A stretch of DNA of 15,862 bases. Source: a virus. Its lineage: Duplodnaviria; Heunggongvirae; Uroviricota; Caudoviricetes. Positions 1-11,415 of the stretch are shown in pieces. Position numbers and translations under genes: made by a program. The stretch's first letter is position 1; each line of letters starts with the position of its first letter. Under the pieces are notes generated by a model. That model did not search any database, was not told where the DNA came from, and worked only from the letters and a program-made list of their open reading frames with translations. The stretch lies in the IMG/VR virus record IMGVR_UViG_2609460218_000002; one strand, given 5' to 3'.

Positions 1-1
1 A

Positions 2-247
2 GCGTTACGGGACAAAGAACGCTTTGACGGTGAAATTTTTGACCTGGACATCTCGCTGGACCATGTTGAAGGTGCCGCGCTGGAGTTTTATGAGGCAGCA
101 GCCAGAAGGAGCATCAGACAGGTCTTCCTGGATGTTGCTGCCGGGTTATGTGAAGGGGACGAGCTGTTGCCAGAAACGCGACCCTGTTCAGAGGCTCGGT
201 ATACCATAAAAATTAACAGTTCAGATAACTCGATTACGGGTTGTTAG
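2..247 (+). CDS. Hypothetical soluble acidic protein, 5' end outside window (possibly YdfR/DUF1327-like)
   Basis: Frame 2 is open from the window edge to TAG at 245-247 (82 codons) and reads as protein-like (ALRDKERFDGEIFDLDISLDHVEGAALEFYEAAARRSIRQVF...). The track ORF 24..209 is in another frame and looks off-frame (W/C-rich). It sits just upstream of the endolysin, where Qin carries ydfR; the family assignment is from memory. Confidence 0.4.
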   Translation, partial: ALRDKERFDGEIFDLDISLDHVEGAALEFYEAAARRSIRQVFLDVAAGLCEGDELLPETRPCSEARYTIKINSSDNSITGC

Positions 248-302
248 CTTTTTGCAGTTGGCTTTCCAGTATCTTTCATTGGTAGCATCCTGATAAATAT
301 CC

Positions 303-1330
<1,028 letters not shown>

Positions 1331-1512
1331 GGTAATATTAAATCGGAACATTTACATCGCGGAATGTAAAATTTAAATAAAAAGGACTCTTCCATGAGCC
1401 AAAATTCCTGAAATCTTAAGGGTAAGATAAAAGGTCTTAATCAGAATGACACGTTTTATTAATAAATAAAGCTATTCTTTCATTGCTGTGTTTTTCTTTA
1501 CAAAAGTAATCC

Positions 1513-1541
1513 TTGCTATGGGTGGTTAATCATGCGTTAAT
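1513..1541 (+). promoter_or_regulatory. Putative sigma70 promoter of the cold-shock gene (-35 TTGCTA, 17-bp spacer, -10 GTTAAT)
   Basis: TTGCTA at 1513-1518 and GTTAAT at 1536-1541, with an AT-rich UP-like tract upstream (about 1440-1512). The predicted start near 1548 leaves a leader of about 145 nt, as expected for CspA-family cold-shock genes. A TATAAT at 1585-1590 is an alternative. Confidence 0.4.
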
Positions 1542-1692
1542 GGTGTTCTGGTTTGTTACAAATTTATCTGAAGCAGTCATTGTTATAATTTTATTATTTG
1601 TACCTCTTGAGATTTCCTTGTTGGTTTTTCTCTCTGATANTTTTTTTCGGACCATTCTGCCCAAGGNCTAATTTCTTCAAAAGGTAATAATT

Positions 1693-1905
1693 ATGTCTAA
1701 CAAAATGACTGGTTTAGTGAAATGGTTTAACCCTGAAAAAGGTTTTGGTTTCATCACGCCGAAAGATGGCAGCAAAGATGTGTTTGTCCATTTCTCAGCA
1801 ATTCAGAGCAACGATTTCAAAACATTAACTGAGAATCAGGAAGTTGAATTTGGTATTGAGAACGGACCTAAAGGTCCTGCCGCTGTTCATGTAGTGGCGC
1901 TTTGA
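1693..1905 (+). CDS. cspI: Cold-shock protein, CspA family (CspI-like)
   Basis: 70 aa. RNP1 (KGFGFI) and RNP2 (VFVHF) cold-shock-domain motifs. SD AAGG 8 nt upstream of ATG. Long AT-rich upstream leader. Gene order Rz - csp - small ORFs - gnsB - ydfO matches Qin, hence cspI rather than another csp paralog. Confidence 0.9.
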   Translation: MSNKMTGLVKWFNPEKGFGFITPKDGSKDVFVHFSAIQSNDFKTLTENQEVEFGIENGPKGPAAVHVVAL

Positions 1906-1993
1906 GGTAGACAATATTACAAACCATATTCACTTTAGATGCCCGTGTTGTCATGGTTCCCAGTATAGAACATCATCTTTTGATGTTTCTGAC

Positions 1994-2104
1994 ATGAATC
2001 CTTTCGGGGCAAAATGTATCTTTTGTAAATCAATGATGATTACATTTGATAATATTTCACAATACTTAAATGCCAGCCGTCTGTCGTTGGATTTAAAAAA
2101 GTGA
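1994..2104 (+). CDS. Small zinc-ribbon-like ORF (CxxC...CxxC); upstream extension likely
   Basis: The frame is open from 1895 to TGA at 2102-2104 and reads ...HFRCPCCHGSQYRTSSFDVSDMNPFGAKCIFCKSMMITFDNISQYLNASRLSLDLKK. Two CxxC pairs about 20 residues apart. The first in-frame ATG (1994) lies after the first CPCC motif and there is no in-frame ATG/GTG/TTG upstream, so the true start is unclear. The ORF ends 7 nt before an intrinsic terminator. Below the track size cut-off. Confidence 0.3.
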   Translation: MNPFGAKCIFCKSMMITFDNISQYLNASRLSLDLKK

Positions 2105-2110
2105 AAATGA

Positions 2111-2132
2111 AGGCTCCTTCGGGAGCTTTTTT
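2111..2132 (+). terminator. Rho-independent terminator ending the cspI transcription unit
   Basis: Stem GCTCC (2113-2117) / GGAGC (2122-2126) with a UUCG tetraloop, extendable by A-U and G-U pairs, followed by TTTTTT (2127-2132). Confidence 0.6.
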
Positions 2133-2176
2133 GCTTGGTGTCTATTCGATGGATACTCACATACTACGGTAACATC

Positions 2177-2407
2177 ATGAAAAAAATCATAGNTTTTTTT
2201 AACTCTGAACCAGCAGTGGTAGTGCCAGCGATGACTGGAGTTAACACCATCATGCGTGAATATCCAAATGGCGAAAAAACACACCTTACTGTAATGGCCG
2301 CAGGGTTTCCATCTCTGACCGGAGATCATAAAGTCATTTATGTAGCCGCGGATCGACATGTTACTTCAGAAGAAATTCTGGAAGCAGCAATAAGGCTCTT
2401 GAGTTGA
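2177..2407 (+). CDS. Hypothetical 76-aa protein (possibly YnfN/YmcE-like, partner of GnsB)
   Basis: Track ORF 2135..2407 begins with TTG inside the terminator T-run, so the ATG at 2177 (MKKII...) is preferred. Protein-like composition. The minus-strand track ORF 2093..2359 is W/C/H-rich and judged spurious. Contains one N (2193). Confidence 0.5.
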   Translation: MKKIIXFFNSEPAVVVPAMTGVNTIMREYPNGEKTHLTVMAAGFPSLTGDHKVIYVAADRHVTSEEILEAAIRLLS

Positions 2408-2501
2408 TTTGATGCTATTGCATTGATAATTCAGGAAAATTCTCTTTGTCTGTTTGTGTAAAATTTAGACTATCGTATGTTGATTATTGCGATGTTTCAT
2501 C

Positions 2502-2530
2502 TTATCTTTTACACGTTTGCACCATATAAT
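2502..2530 (+). promoter_or_regulatory. Putative promoter upstream of the gnsB-like gene (-10 TATAAT at 2525-2530)
   Basis: Perfect TATAAT at 2525-2530. Candidate -35 elements are weak (TTATCT at 2502-2507 with 17-bp spacing; TTTACA at 2508-2513 with too-short spacing). Confidence 0.3.
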
Positions 2531-2578
2531 CGACTTACTGTGTAACTGGAAAGTCATAACAGACTAAAAGAGGAAATG

Positions 2579-2752
2579 ATGAATATTGAAAACTTAAAAA
2601 CAAAAGCAGAAGCAGATATTTCTGAATATATAACAAAAAAAATTATTGAACTTAAGAAAAAGACCGGGAAAGAAGTTACCAGTATTCAGTTTACCGCACG
2701 GGAAAAAATGACGGGTCTTGAAAGCTATGATGTCAAGATTAATTTAATCTGA
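2579..2752 (+). CDS. gnsB: GnsA/GnsB-family small protein
   Basis: 57 aa: MNIENLKTKAEADISEYITKKIIELKKKTGKEVTSIQFTAREKMTGLESYDVKINLI. Tandem ATGs at 2576 and 2579, with AGAGGA SD best spaced for 2579. I recognise the GnsA/GnsB family by its conserved C-terminal REKMTGLESYDVKI motif. Not in the ORF track (below size cut-off). Confidence 0.8.
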   Translation: MNIENLKTKAEADISEYITKKIIELKKKTGKEVTSIQFTAREKMTGLESYDVKINLI

Positions 2753-2781
2753 TGTATTCAATAATAAAATTTATCCATAAA

Positions 2782-2805
2782 CCTCGTTTTTACGGGGTTT
2801 TGTTA
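2782..2805 (+). terminator. Putative rho-independent terminator after the gnsB-like gene
   Basis: Stem CCTCGT (2782-2787) / ACGGGG (2792-2797) with one G-U pair, loop TTTT, then a T-rich tract. Confidence 0.5.
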
Positions 2806-2866
2806 TATTTGAATGGTTCCGAATATCTAAATCACAATTGTTGATGGTTTTTATTAAACCAATGCA

Positions 2867-2895
2867 GTCCGGCTCAGGAGTGAGAGAAGCCGGAC
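2867..2895 (-). terminator. Hairpin directly after the ydfO-like stop (candidate terminator for the minus-strand unit)
   Basis: 8-bp perfect inverted repeat GTCCGGCT (2867-2874) / AGCCGGAC (2888-2895) with a 13-nt loop, 8 nt beyond the minus-strand stop codon. The downstream U-tract on the minus strand is weak. Confidence 0.4.
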
Positions 2896-2903
2896 GTTAT
2901 GGT

Positions 2904-3314
2904 TTAGCGTGGTAAGATCTGTGTAGTTTTCTGGATGCTTTCAGTAAATAGTAATGAATTATCAAAGGTATAGTAATATCTTTTTTGTTCGTGGATATTT
3001 GTAACCCACCGAAAAACTCCTGCTTTAGCAAGGTTTCTTCTGTATTCCTGAAATGTGATCTCTCTGGATTTCAGCTTATTAGAGGTCGTTTCTATAAGAT
3101 GCCTATCCTTTGAAAATTTGACAGACACAATGTTTTTTAGGCCCTTTAATAACACTGTATTATCATTTTTTAATACAATATGAACATTCTCTGTGGCTAA
3201 ATAGTAAATGTAATGTGAGACATTGTGACGTTTTAGCTCAGAATAAAACCATTGATAGTTTAAATCGTTTCGAACTTTATCAAATATTTGTTTAAAAATG
3301 ACTACCTGATCCAT
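2904..3314 (-). CDS. ydfO: YdfO-like protein (DUF1398 family), function unknown
   Basis: Track ORF 2904..3329 (141 aa). A GGAAGG SD sits 7 nt upstream of the second ATG (3314), so a 136-aa product is preferred. The sequence ([40 protein letters not shown]...) matches my recollection of E. coli YdfO from Qin. Confidence 0.8.
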
Positions 3315-3371
3315 AGATAAACCTTCCATGTGATATGAGGGGGCGTAGTCTGCACGATTATCTAAATTTCT

Positions 3372-3605
3372 TCAATCTGGTCTGACCTGTTTTCTGAGCA
3401 ATTCAGTAATGTCACTCTTTTCTTTGTTTGCTTCAGAAGAAACTCTTTTTTCTGAGCACAGTCTCCGGCGGCAGGCTTCAATGACCCAGGCTGAGAAATT
3501 CCCGGACCCTTTTTGCTCAAGAGCGATGTTAATTTGTTCAATCATTTGGTTAGGAAAGCGGATGTTGCGGGTTGTTGTTCTGCGGGTTCTGTTCTTCGTT
3601 GACAT
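3372..3605 (-). CDS. DUF3950-family small DNA-binding protein with predicted ribbon-helix-helix fold (YlcI/YnfO-like)
   Basis: 77 aa. Basic N-terminus (MSTKNRTRRTTTRNIRF) followed by a strand-helix-helix pattern (NIRFPNQ / MIEQINIALEQ / NFSAWVIEACRRRL), consistent with an Arc/CopG-like RHH fold. Co-oriented with and 57 bp upstream of the ydfO-like gene. Matches my recollection of YlcI/YnfO proteins found next to nohD/nohQ in K-12 prophages. Confidence 0.8.
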   Translation of the reverse strand: MSTKNRTRRTTTRNIRFPNQMIEQINIALEQKGSGNFSAWVIEACRRRLCSEKRVSSEANKEKSDITELLRKQVRPD

Positions 3606-3699
3606 GAGGTTGTCCCGTATTCAGTGTCGCTGATTTGTATTGTCTGAAGTTGTTTTTACGTTAAGTTGATGCAGATCAATTAATACGATATCTGCGTCA

Positions 3700-3990
3700 T
3701 AATTGATTATTTGACGTGGTTTGATTGCGTAGATGCACGTTGTGACATGCAGATGATAATTATTATCATTTTGCGGGTCCTTTCCGGCGATCCGACAGGT
3801 TACGGGGCGGCGCCTCGCGGGTTTTCGCTATTTATGAAAATTTTCCGGTTTAAGGCATTTCCGTTCTTCTTCGTCGTAACTTAATGTTTTTATTTAAAAT
3901 ACCCCCTGAAAAGAAAGGAAACGACAGGTGCTGAAAACGAGCTTTTGGGCCTCTGTCGTTTCCTTTCTCTGTTTTTGGCCGTGGAATGAA
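3700..3990 (+). other. cos site of lambda type (cosQ, cosN, cosB with Nu1-binding R elements)
   Basis: 3640-3803 matches the lambda right end (...GGGTCCTTTCCGGCGATCCGACAGGTTACG). cosN at about 3805-3815 reads GGGCGGCG-CCT against the lambda cohesive end GGGCGGCGACCT. Downstream, AAAGGAAACGACAG (3914-3927) and its inverted copy CTGTCGTTTCCTTT (3953-3966) correspond to the Nu1-binding R3/R2 elements. A 17-bp palindrome ATGATAATTATTATCAT lies at 3752-3768. The internal cos shows prophage or concatemer topology. Confidence 0.85.
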
Positions 3991-3992
3991 CA

Positions 3993-4512
3993 ATGGAAGT
4001 CAACAAAAAGCAGCTGGCTGACATTTTCGGTGCGAGTATCCGTACCATTCAGAACTGGCAGGAACAGGGAATGCCCGTTCTGCGAGGCGGTGGCAAGGGT
4101 AATGAGGTGCTTTATGACTCTGCCGCCGTTATAAGATGGTATGCCGAAAGGGATGCTGAAATTGAGAACGAAAAGCTGCGCCGGGAAGTTGAAGAACTGC
4201 GGCAGGCCAGCGAGACAGATCTCCAGCCAGGGACTATTGAGTACGAACGCCATCGACTTACGCGTGCGCAGGCCGACGCACAGGAGCTGAAAAATGCCAG
4301 AGACTCCGCTGAAGTGGTGGAAACCGCATTCTGTACTTTCGTGCTGTCGCGGATCGCAGGTGAAATTGCCAGTATTCTCGACGGGATCCCCCTGTCGGTG
4401 CAGCGGCGTTTTCCGGAACTGGAAAACCGACATGTTGATTTCCTGAAACGGGATATCATCAAAGCCATGAACAAAGCAGCCGCGCTGGATGAACTGATAC
4501 CGGGGTTGCTGA

Positions 4513-4538
<26 letters not shown>
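3993..4538 (+). CDS. nu1: Terminase small subunit Nu1
   Basis: 181 aa, near-identical to lambda gpNu1 as I recall it (MEVNKKQLADIFGASIRTIQNWQEQGMPVLRGGGKGNEV...; N-terminal HTH DNA-binding domain), with only a few substitutions. Directly downstream of cosB. Confidence 0.97.
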
Positions 4539-8219
<3,681 letters not shown>

Positions 8220-8239
<20 letters not shown>

Positions 8240-9539
8240 TCTCCCGCATATTGCCAGCATGGCTTTTAATGAGCCGCTGATGCTTGAACCCGCCTATGCG
8301 CGGGTTTTCTTTTGTGCGCTTGCAGGCCAGCTTGGGATCAGCCGCCTGACGGATGCGGTGTCCGGCGACAGCCTGACTGCCCAGGAGGCACTCGCGACGC
8401 TGGCATTATCCGGTGATGATGACGGACCACGACAGGCCCGCAGTTATCAGGTCATGAACGGCATCGCCGTGCTGCCGGTGTCCGGCACGCTGGTCAGCCG
8501 GACGCGGGCGCTGCAGCCGTACTCGGGGATGACCGGTTACAACGGCATTATCGCCCGTCTGCAACAGGCTGCCAGCGATCCGATGGTGGACGGCATTCTG
8601 CTCGATATGGACACGCCCGGCGGGATGGTGGCGGGGGCATTTGACTGCGCTGACATCATCGCCCGTGTGCGTGACATAAAGCCGGTATGGGCGCTGGCCA
8701 ATGACATGAACTGCAGCGCAGGTCAGCTGCTTGCCAGTGCCGCCTCCCGGCGTCTGGTCACGCAGACCGCCCGAACAGGCTCCATCGGCGTCATGATGGC
8801 TCACAGTAATTACGGCGCTGCACTGGAGAAACAGGGCGTGGAAATCACGCTGATTTACAGCGGCAGCCATAAGGTGGATGGCAACCCCTACAGCCATCTA
8901 CCGGATGATGTCCGGGAAACATTGCAGTCCCGGATGGATGCAACCCGCCGGATGTTTGCACAGAAGGTGTCGGCATATACCGGCCTGTCCGTGCAGGCTG
9001 TGCTGGATACCGAGGCTGCAGTGTACAGCGGTCAGGAGGCCATTGATGCCGGACTGGCTGATGAACTTGTCAACAGCACCGATGCGATCACCGTTATGCG
9101 TGATGCACTGGATGCACGTAAATCCCGTCTCTCAGGAGGGCGAATGACCAAAGAGACTCAATCAACAACTGTTTCAGCCACTGCTTCGCAGGCTGACGTT
9201 ACTGACGTGGTGCCAGCGACGGAGGGCGAAAACGCCAGCGCGGCGCAGCCGGACGTGAACGCGCAGATCACCGCTGCGGTTGCGGCAGAAAACAGCCGCA
9301 TTATGGGGATCCTCAACTGTGAGGAGGCTCACGGACGCGAAGAACAGGCCCGCGTGCTGGCAGAAACCCCCGGTATGACCGTGGAAACGGCCCGCCGCAT
9401 TCTGGCAGCTGCACCACAGAGTGCACAGGCGCGCAGTGACACTGCGCTGGATCGTCTGATGCAGGGGGCACCGGCACCGCTGGCTGCAGGTAACCCGGCA
9501 TCTGATGCCGTTAACGATTTGCTGAACACACCAGTGTAA
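8220..9539 (+). CDS. C: Head maturation protease C (S49/ClpP-like capsid assembly protease)
   Basis: GTG start at 8220 (MTAELRNLPHIASMAFNEPL...), 439 aa, matching lambda gpC. Overlaps the B stop. The track ORF 8085..9539 over-extends the start upstream. Confidence 0.95.
9144..9539 (+). CDS. nu3: Scaffolding protein Nu3, in-frame internal initiation within C
   Basis: Strong internal SD AGGAGG (9134-9139) 4 nt before ATG 9144 (MTKETQSTTVSATASQ...), same frame and same stop as C. An alternative internal in-frame ATG is at 8934; I am not certain which is the annotated lambda nu3 start. Confidence 0.6.
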   Translation: MTKETQSTTVSATASQADVTDVVPATEGENASAAQPDVNAQITAAVAAENSRIMGILNCEEAHGREEQARVLAETPGMTVETARRILAAAPQSAQARSDTALDRLMQGAPAPLAAGNPASDAVNDLLNTPV

Positions 9540-9548
9540 GGGATGTTT

Positions 9549-9881
9549 ATGACGAGCAAAGAAACCTTTACCCATTACCAGCCGCTGGGCAATAGTGACC
9601 CGGCTCATACCGCAACCGCGCCCGGCGGATTGAGTGCGAAAGCGCCTGCAATGACCCCGCTGATGCTGGACACATCCACCCGTAAGCTGGTTGCGTGGGA
9701 TGGCACCACCGACGGTGCTGCCGTTGGCATTCTTGCGGTTGCTGCTGACCAGACCAGCACCACACTGACGTTCTACAAGTCCGGCACGTTCCGTTATGAG
9801 GATGTGCTCTGGCCGGAGGCTGCCAGCGACGAGACGAAAAAACGGACCGCGTTTGCCGGAACGGCAATCAGCATCGTTTAA
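9549..9881 (+). CDS. D: Head decoration protein D
   Basis: 110 aa ([52 protein letters not shown]...), matching lambda gpD. SD AGGGA 6 nt upstream. The track ORF starts two codons early. Confidence 0.95.
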   Translation: MTSKETFTHYQPLGNSDPAHTATAPGGLSAKAPAMTPLMLDTSTRKLVAWDGTTDGAAVGILAVAADQTSTTLTFYKSGTFRYEDVLWPEAASDETKKRTAFAGTAISIV

Positions 9882-9901
9882 CTTTACCCTTCATCACTAA
9901 A

Positions 9902-9924
9902 GGCCGCCTGTGCGGNCTTTTTTT
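9902..9924 (+). terminator. GC-rich hairpin plus T-run between D and E (terminator-like)
   Basis: GGCCGC (9902-9907) / GCGGNC (9912-9917) with loop CTGT, followed by TTTTTTT. One stem base is N (9916), and another N lies at 9931. Confidence 0.45.
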
Positions 9925-9938
9925 ACGGGANTTTTTTT

Positions 9939-10964
9939 ATGTCGATGTACACAACCGCCCAGCTGCTGGCGGCAAATGAGCAGAAATTTAAGTTTGATCC
10001 GCTGTTTCTGCGTCTCTTTTTCCGTGAGAGCTATCCCTTCACTACGGAGAAAGTCTATCTCTCACAAATTCCGGGACTGGTAAACATGGCGCTGTACGTT
10101 TCGCCGATTGTTTCCAGTGAGGTTATCCGTTCCCGTGGCGGCTCCACCTCTGAATTTACGCCGGGATATGTCAAACCCAAGCATGAGTTGAATCCGCAGA
10201 TGACCCTGCGTCGCCTGCCGGATGAAGATCCGCAGAATCTGGCGGACCCGGCTTACCGCCGCCGTCGCATCATCATGCAGAACATGCGTGACGAAGAGCT
10301 GGCCATTGCTCAGGTCGAAGAGATGCAGGCAGTTTCTGCCGTGCTCAAGGGCAAATACACCATGACCGGTGAAGCCTTCGATCCGGTTGAGGTGGATATG
10401 GGCCGCAGTGCGGCGAACAACATCACACAGTCCGGCGTCACGGAGTGGAGCAAGCGTGACAAGTCCACGTATGACCCGACCGACGATATCGAAGCCTACG
10501 CGCTGAACGCCAGCGGTGTGGTGAATATCATCGTGTTTGACCCGAAAGGCTGGGCGCTGTTCCGTTCCTTCAAAGCCGTCAAGGAGAAGCTGGATACCCG
10601 TCGCGGCTCTCATTCCGAGCTGGAGACAGCGGTGAAAGACCTGGGCAAAGCGGTGTCCTATAAGGGAATGTATGGCGATGTGGCCATCGTCGTGTATTCC
10701 GGACAGTACGTGGAAAACGGCGTCAAAAAGAACTTCCTGCCGGACAACACGATGGTGCTGGGGAACACTCAGGCTCGCGGTCTGCGCACCTATGGCTGCA
10801 TTCAGGATGCGGACGCACAGCGCGAAGGCATTAACGCCTCTGCCCGTTACCCGAAAAACTGGGTGACCACCGGCGATCCGGCGCGTGAGTTCACCATGAT
10901 TCAGTCAGCACCGCTGATGCTGCTGGCTGACCCTGATGAGTTCGTGTCCGTTCAACTGGCGTAA
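9939..10964 (+). CDS. E: Major capsid protein E
   Basis: 341 aa (MSMYTTAQLLAANEQKFKFDPLFLRLFFRESYPFTTEKVYLSQIPGLVNMALYV...), matching lambda gpE. Confidence 0.97.
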   Translation: MSMYTTAQLLAANEQKFKFDPLFLRLFFRESYPFTTEKVYLSQIPGLVNMALYVSPIVSSEVIRSRGGSTSEFTPGYVKPKHELNPQMTLRRLPDEDPQNLADPAYRRRRIIMQNMRDEELAIAQVEEMQAVSAVLKGKYTMTGEAFDPVEVDMGRSAANNITQSGVTEWSKRDKSTYDPTDDIEAYALNASGVVNIIVFDPKGWALFRSFKAVKEKLDTRRGSHSELETAVKDLGKAVSYKGMYGDVAIVVYSGQYVENGVKKNFLPDNTMVLGNTQARGLRTYGCIQDADAQREGINASARYPKNWVTTGDPAREFTMIQSAPLMLLADPDEFVSVQLA

Positions 10965-11005
10965 TCATGGCCCTTCGGGGCCATTTTCTCTCTGTGGAGG
11001 AGTTC

Positions 11006-11404
11006 ATGACGAAAGATGAACTGATTGCCCGTCTTCAGGAGCTGGGTGAGCAACTGAACCGCGATGTCAGTTTGACGGGAACGAAAGAAGAACTGGCGCT
11101 TCGTGTGGCAGAGCTGGAAGAAGAGCTTGATGACACGGATGAAACTGCCGGTCAGGACACCCCTCTCAGCCGGGAAAATGTGCTGACCGGGCATGAAAAT
11201 GAGGTGGTATCAGCGCAGCCGGATACCGTGATTCAGGATACGGCTGAACTGGTCACGGTCGTGGCACTGGTGACGCTGCATACTGATGCACTTCACGCCA
11301 CGCGGGATAAACCTGTGGCATTTGTGCTGCCGGGAACGGCGTTTCGTGTCTCTGCCGGTGTGGCAGCCGAAATGACAGAGCGCGGCCTGGCCAGAATGCA
11401 ATAA
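11006..11404 (+). CDS. FI: DNA packaging protein FI
   Basis: Start at ATG 11006 (MTKDELIARLQELGEQLNRDVSLTGTKEELALRVAELEEELDD...) with GGAGG SD 5 nt upstream; 132 aa as in lambda gpFI. The track ORF 10967..11404 begins at an upstream in-frame ATG without an SD. Confidence 0.93.
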   Translation: MTKDELIARLQELGEQLNRDVSLTGTKEELALRVAELEEELDDTDETAGQDTPLSRENVLTGHENEVVSAQPDTVIQDTAELVTVVALVTLHTDALHATRDKPVAFVLPGTAFRVSAGVAAEMTERGLARMQ

Positions 11405-11415
11405 CGGGAGGCGCT

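Noticed and set aside
24-209. Track ORF of 61 aa at the window start
   Set aside because: W/C/R-rich off-frame composition. The overlapping frame-2 reading (2..247) is open from the window edge and protein-like, so this ORF is taken as an alternate-frame artefact.
1340-1375. Imperfect inverted repeat (ATTTACAT...ATGTAAAA) just after the Rz stop as a terminator
   Set aside because: The stem is AT-only and imperfect, with no clear U-tract. Too weak to call, and late transcription is expected to read through to cos.
2135-2176. TTG/GTG start for the 76-aa ORF as drawn in the track (2135)
   Set aside because: That start lies inside the T-run of the upstream terminator. The ATG at 2177 is preferred, although the SD there is weak.
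1951-2359. Minus-strand ORFs 1951..2160 and 2093..2359
   Set aside because: They overlap the zinc-ribbon ORF, the terminator and the 76-aa plus-strand ORF. Their translations are W/C/H-rich and they would have to be read through a plus-strand terminator hairpin.
3409-3633. Plus-strand ORF of 74 aa antisense to the DUF3950 gene
   Set aside because: The opposite-strand product has a recognisable RHH-like pattern and known homologs. This one is hydrophobic and low-complexity with no SD.
3894-4474. ORFs overlapping the cos site and nu1 (3894..4433 minus, 3928..4134 plus, 4112..4474 minus)
   Set aside because: They overlap cosB and the nu1 gene, which matches lambda Nu1 essentially residue for residue. 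Shadow ORFs in GC-rich coding sequence.
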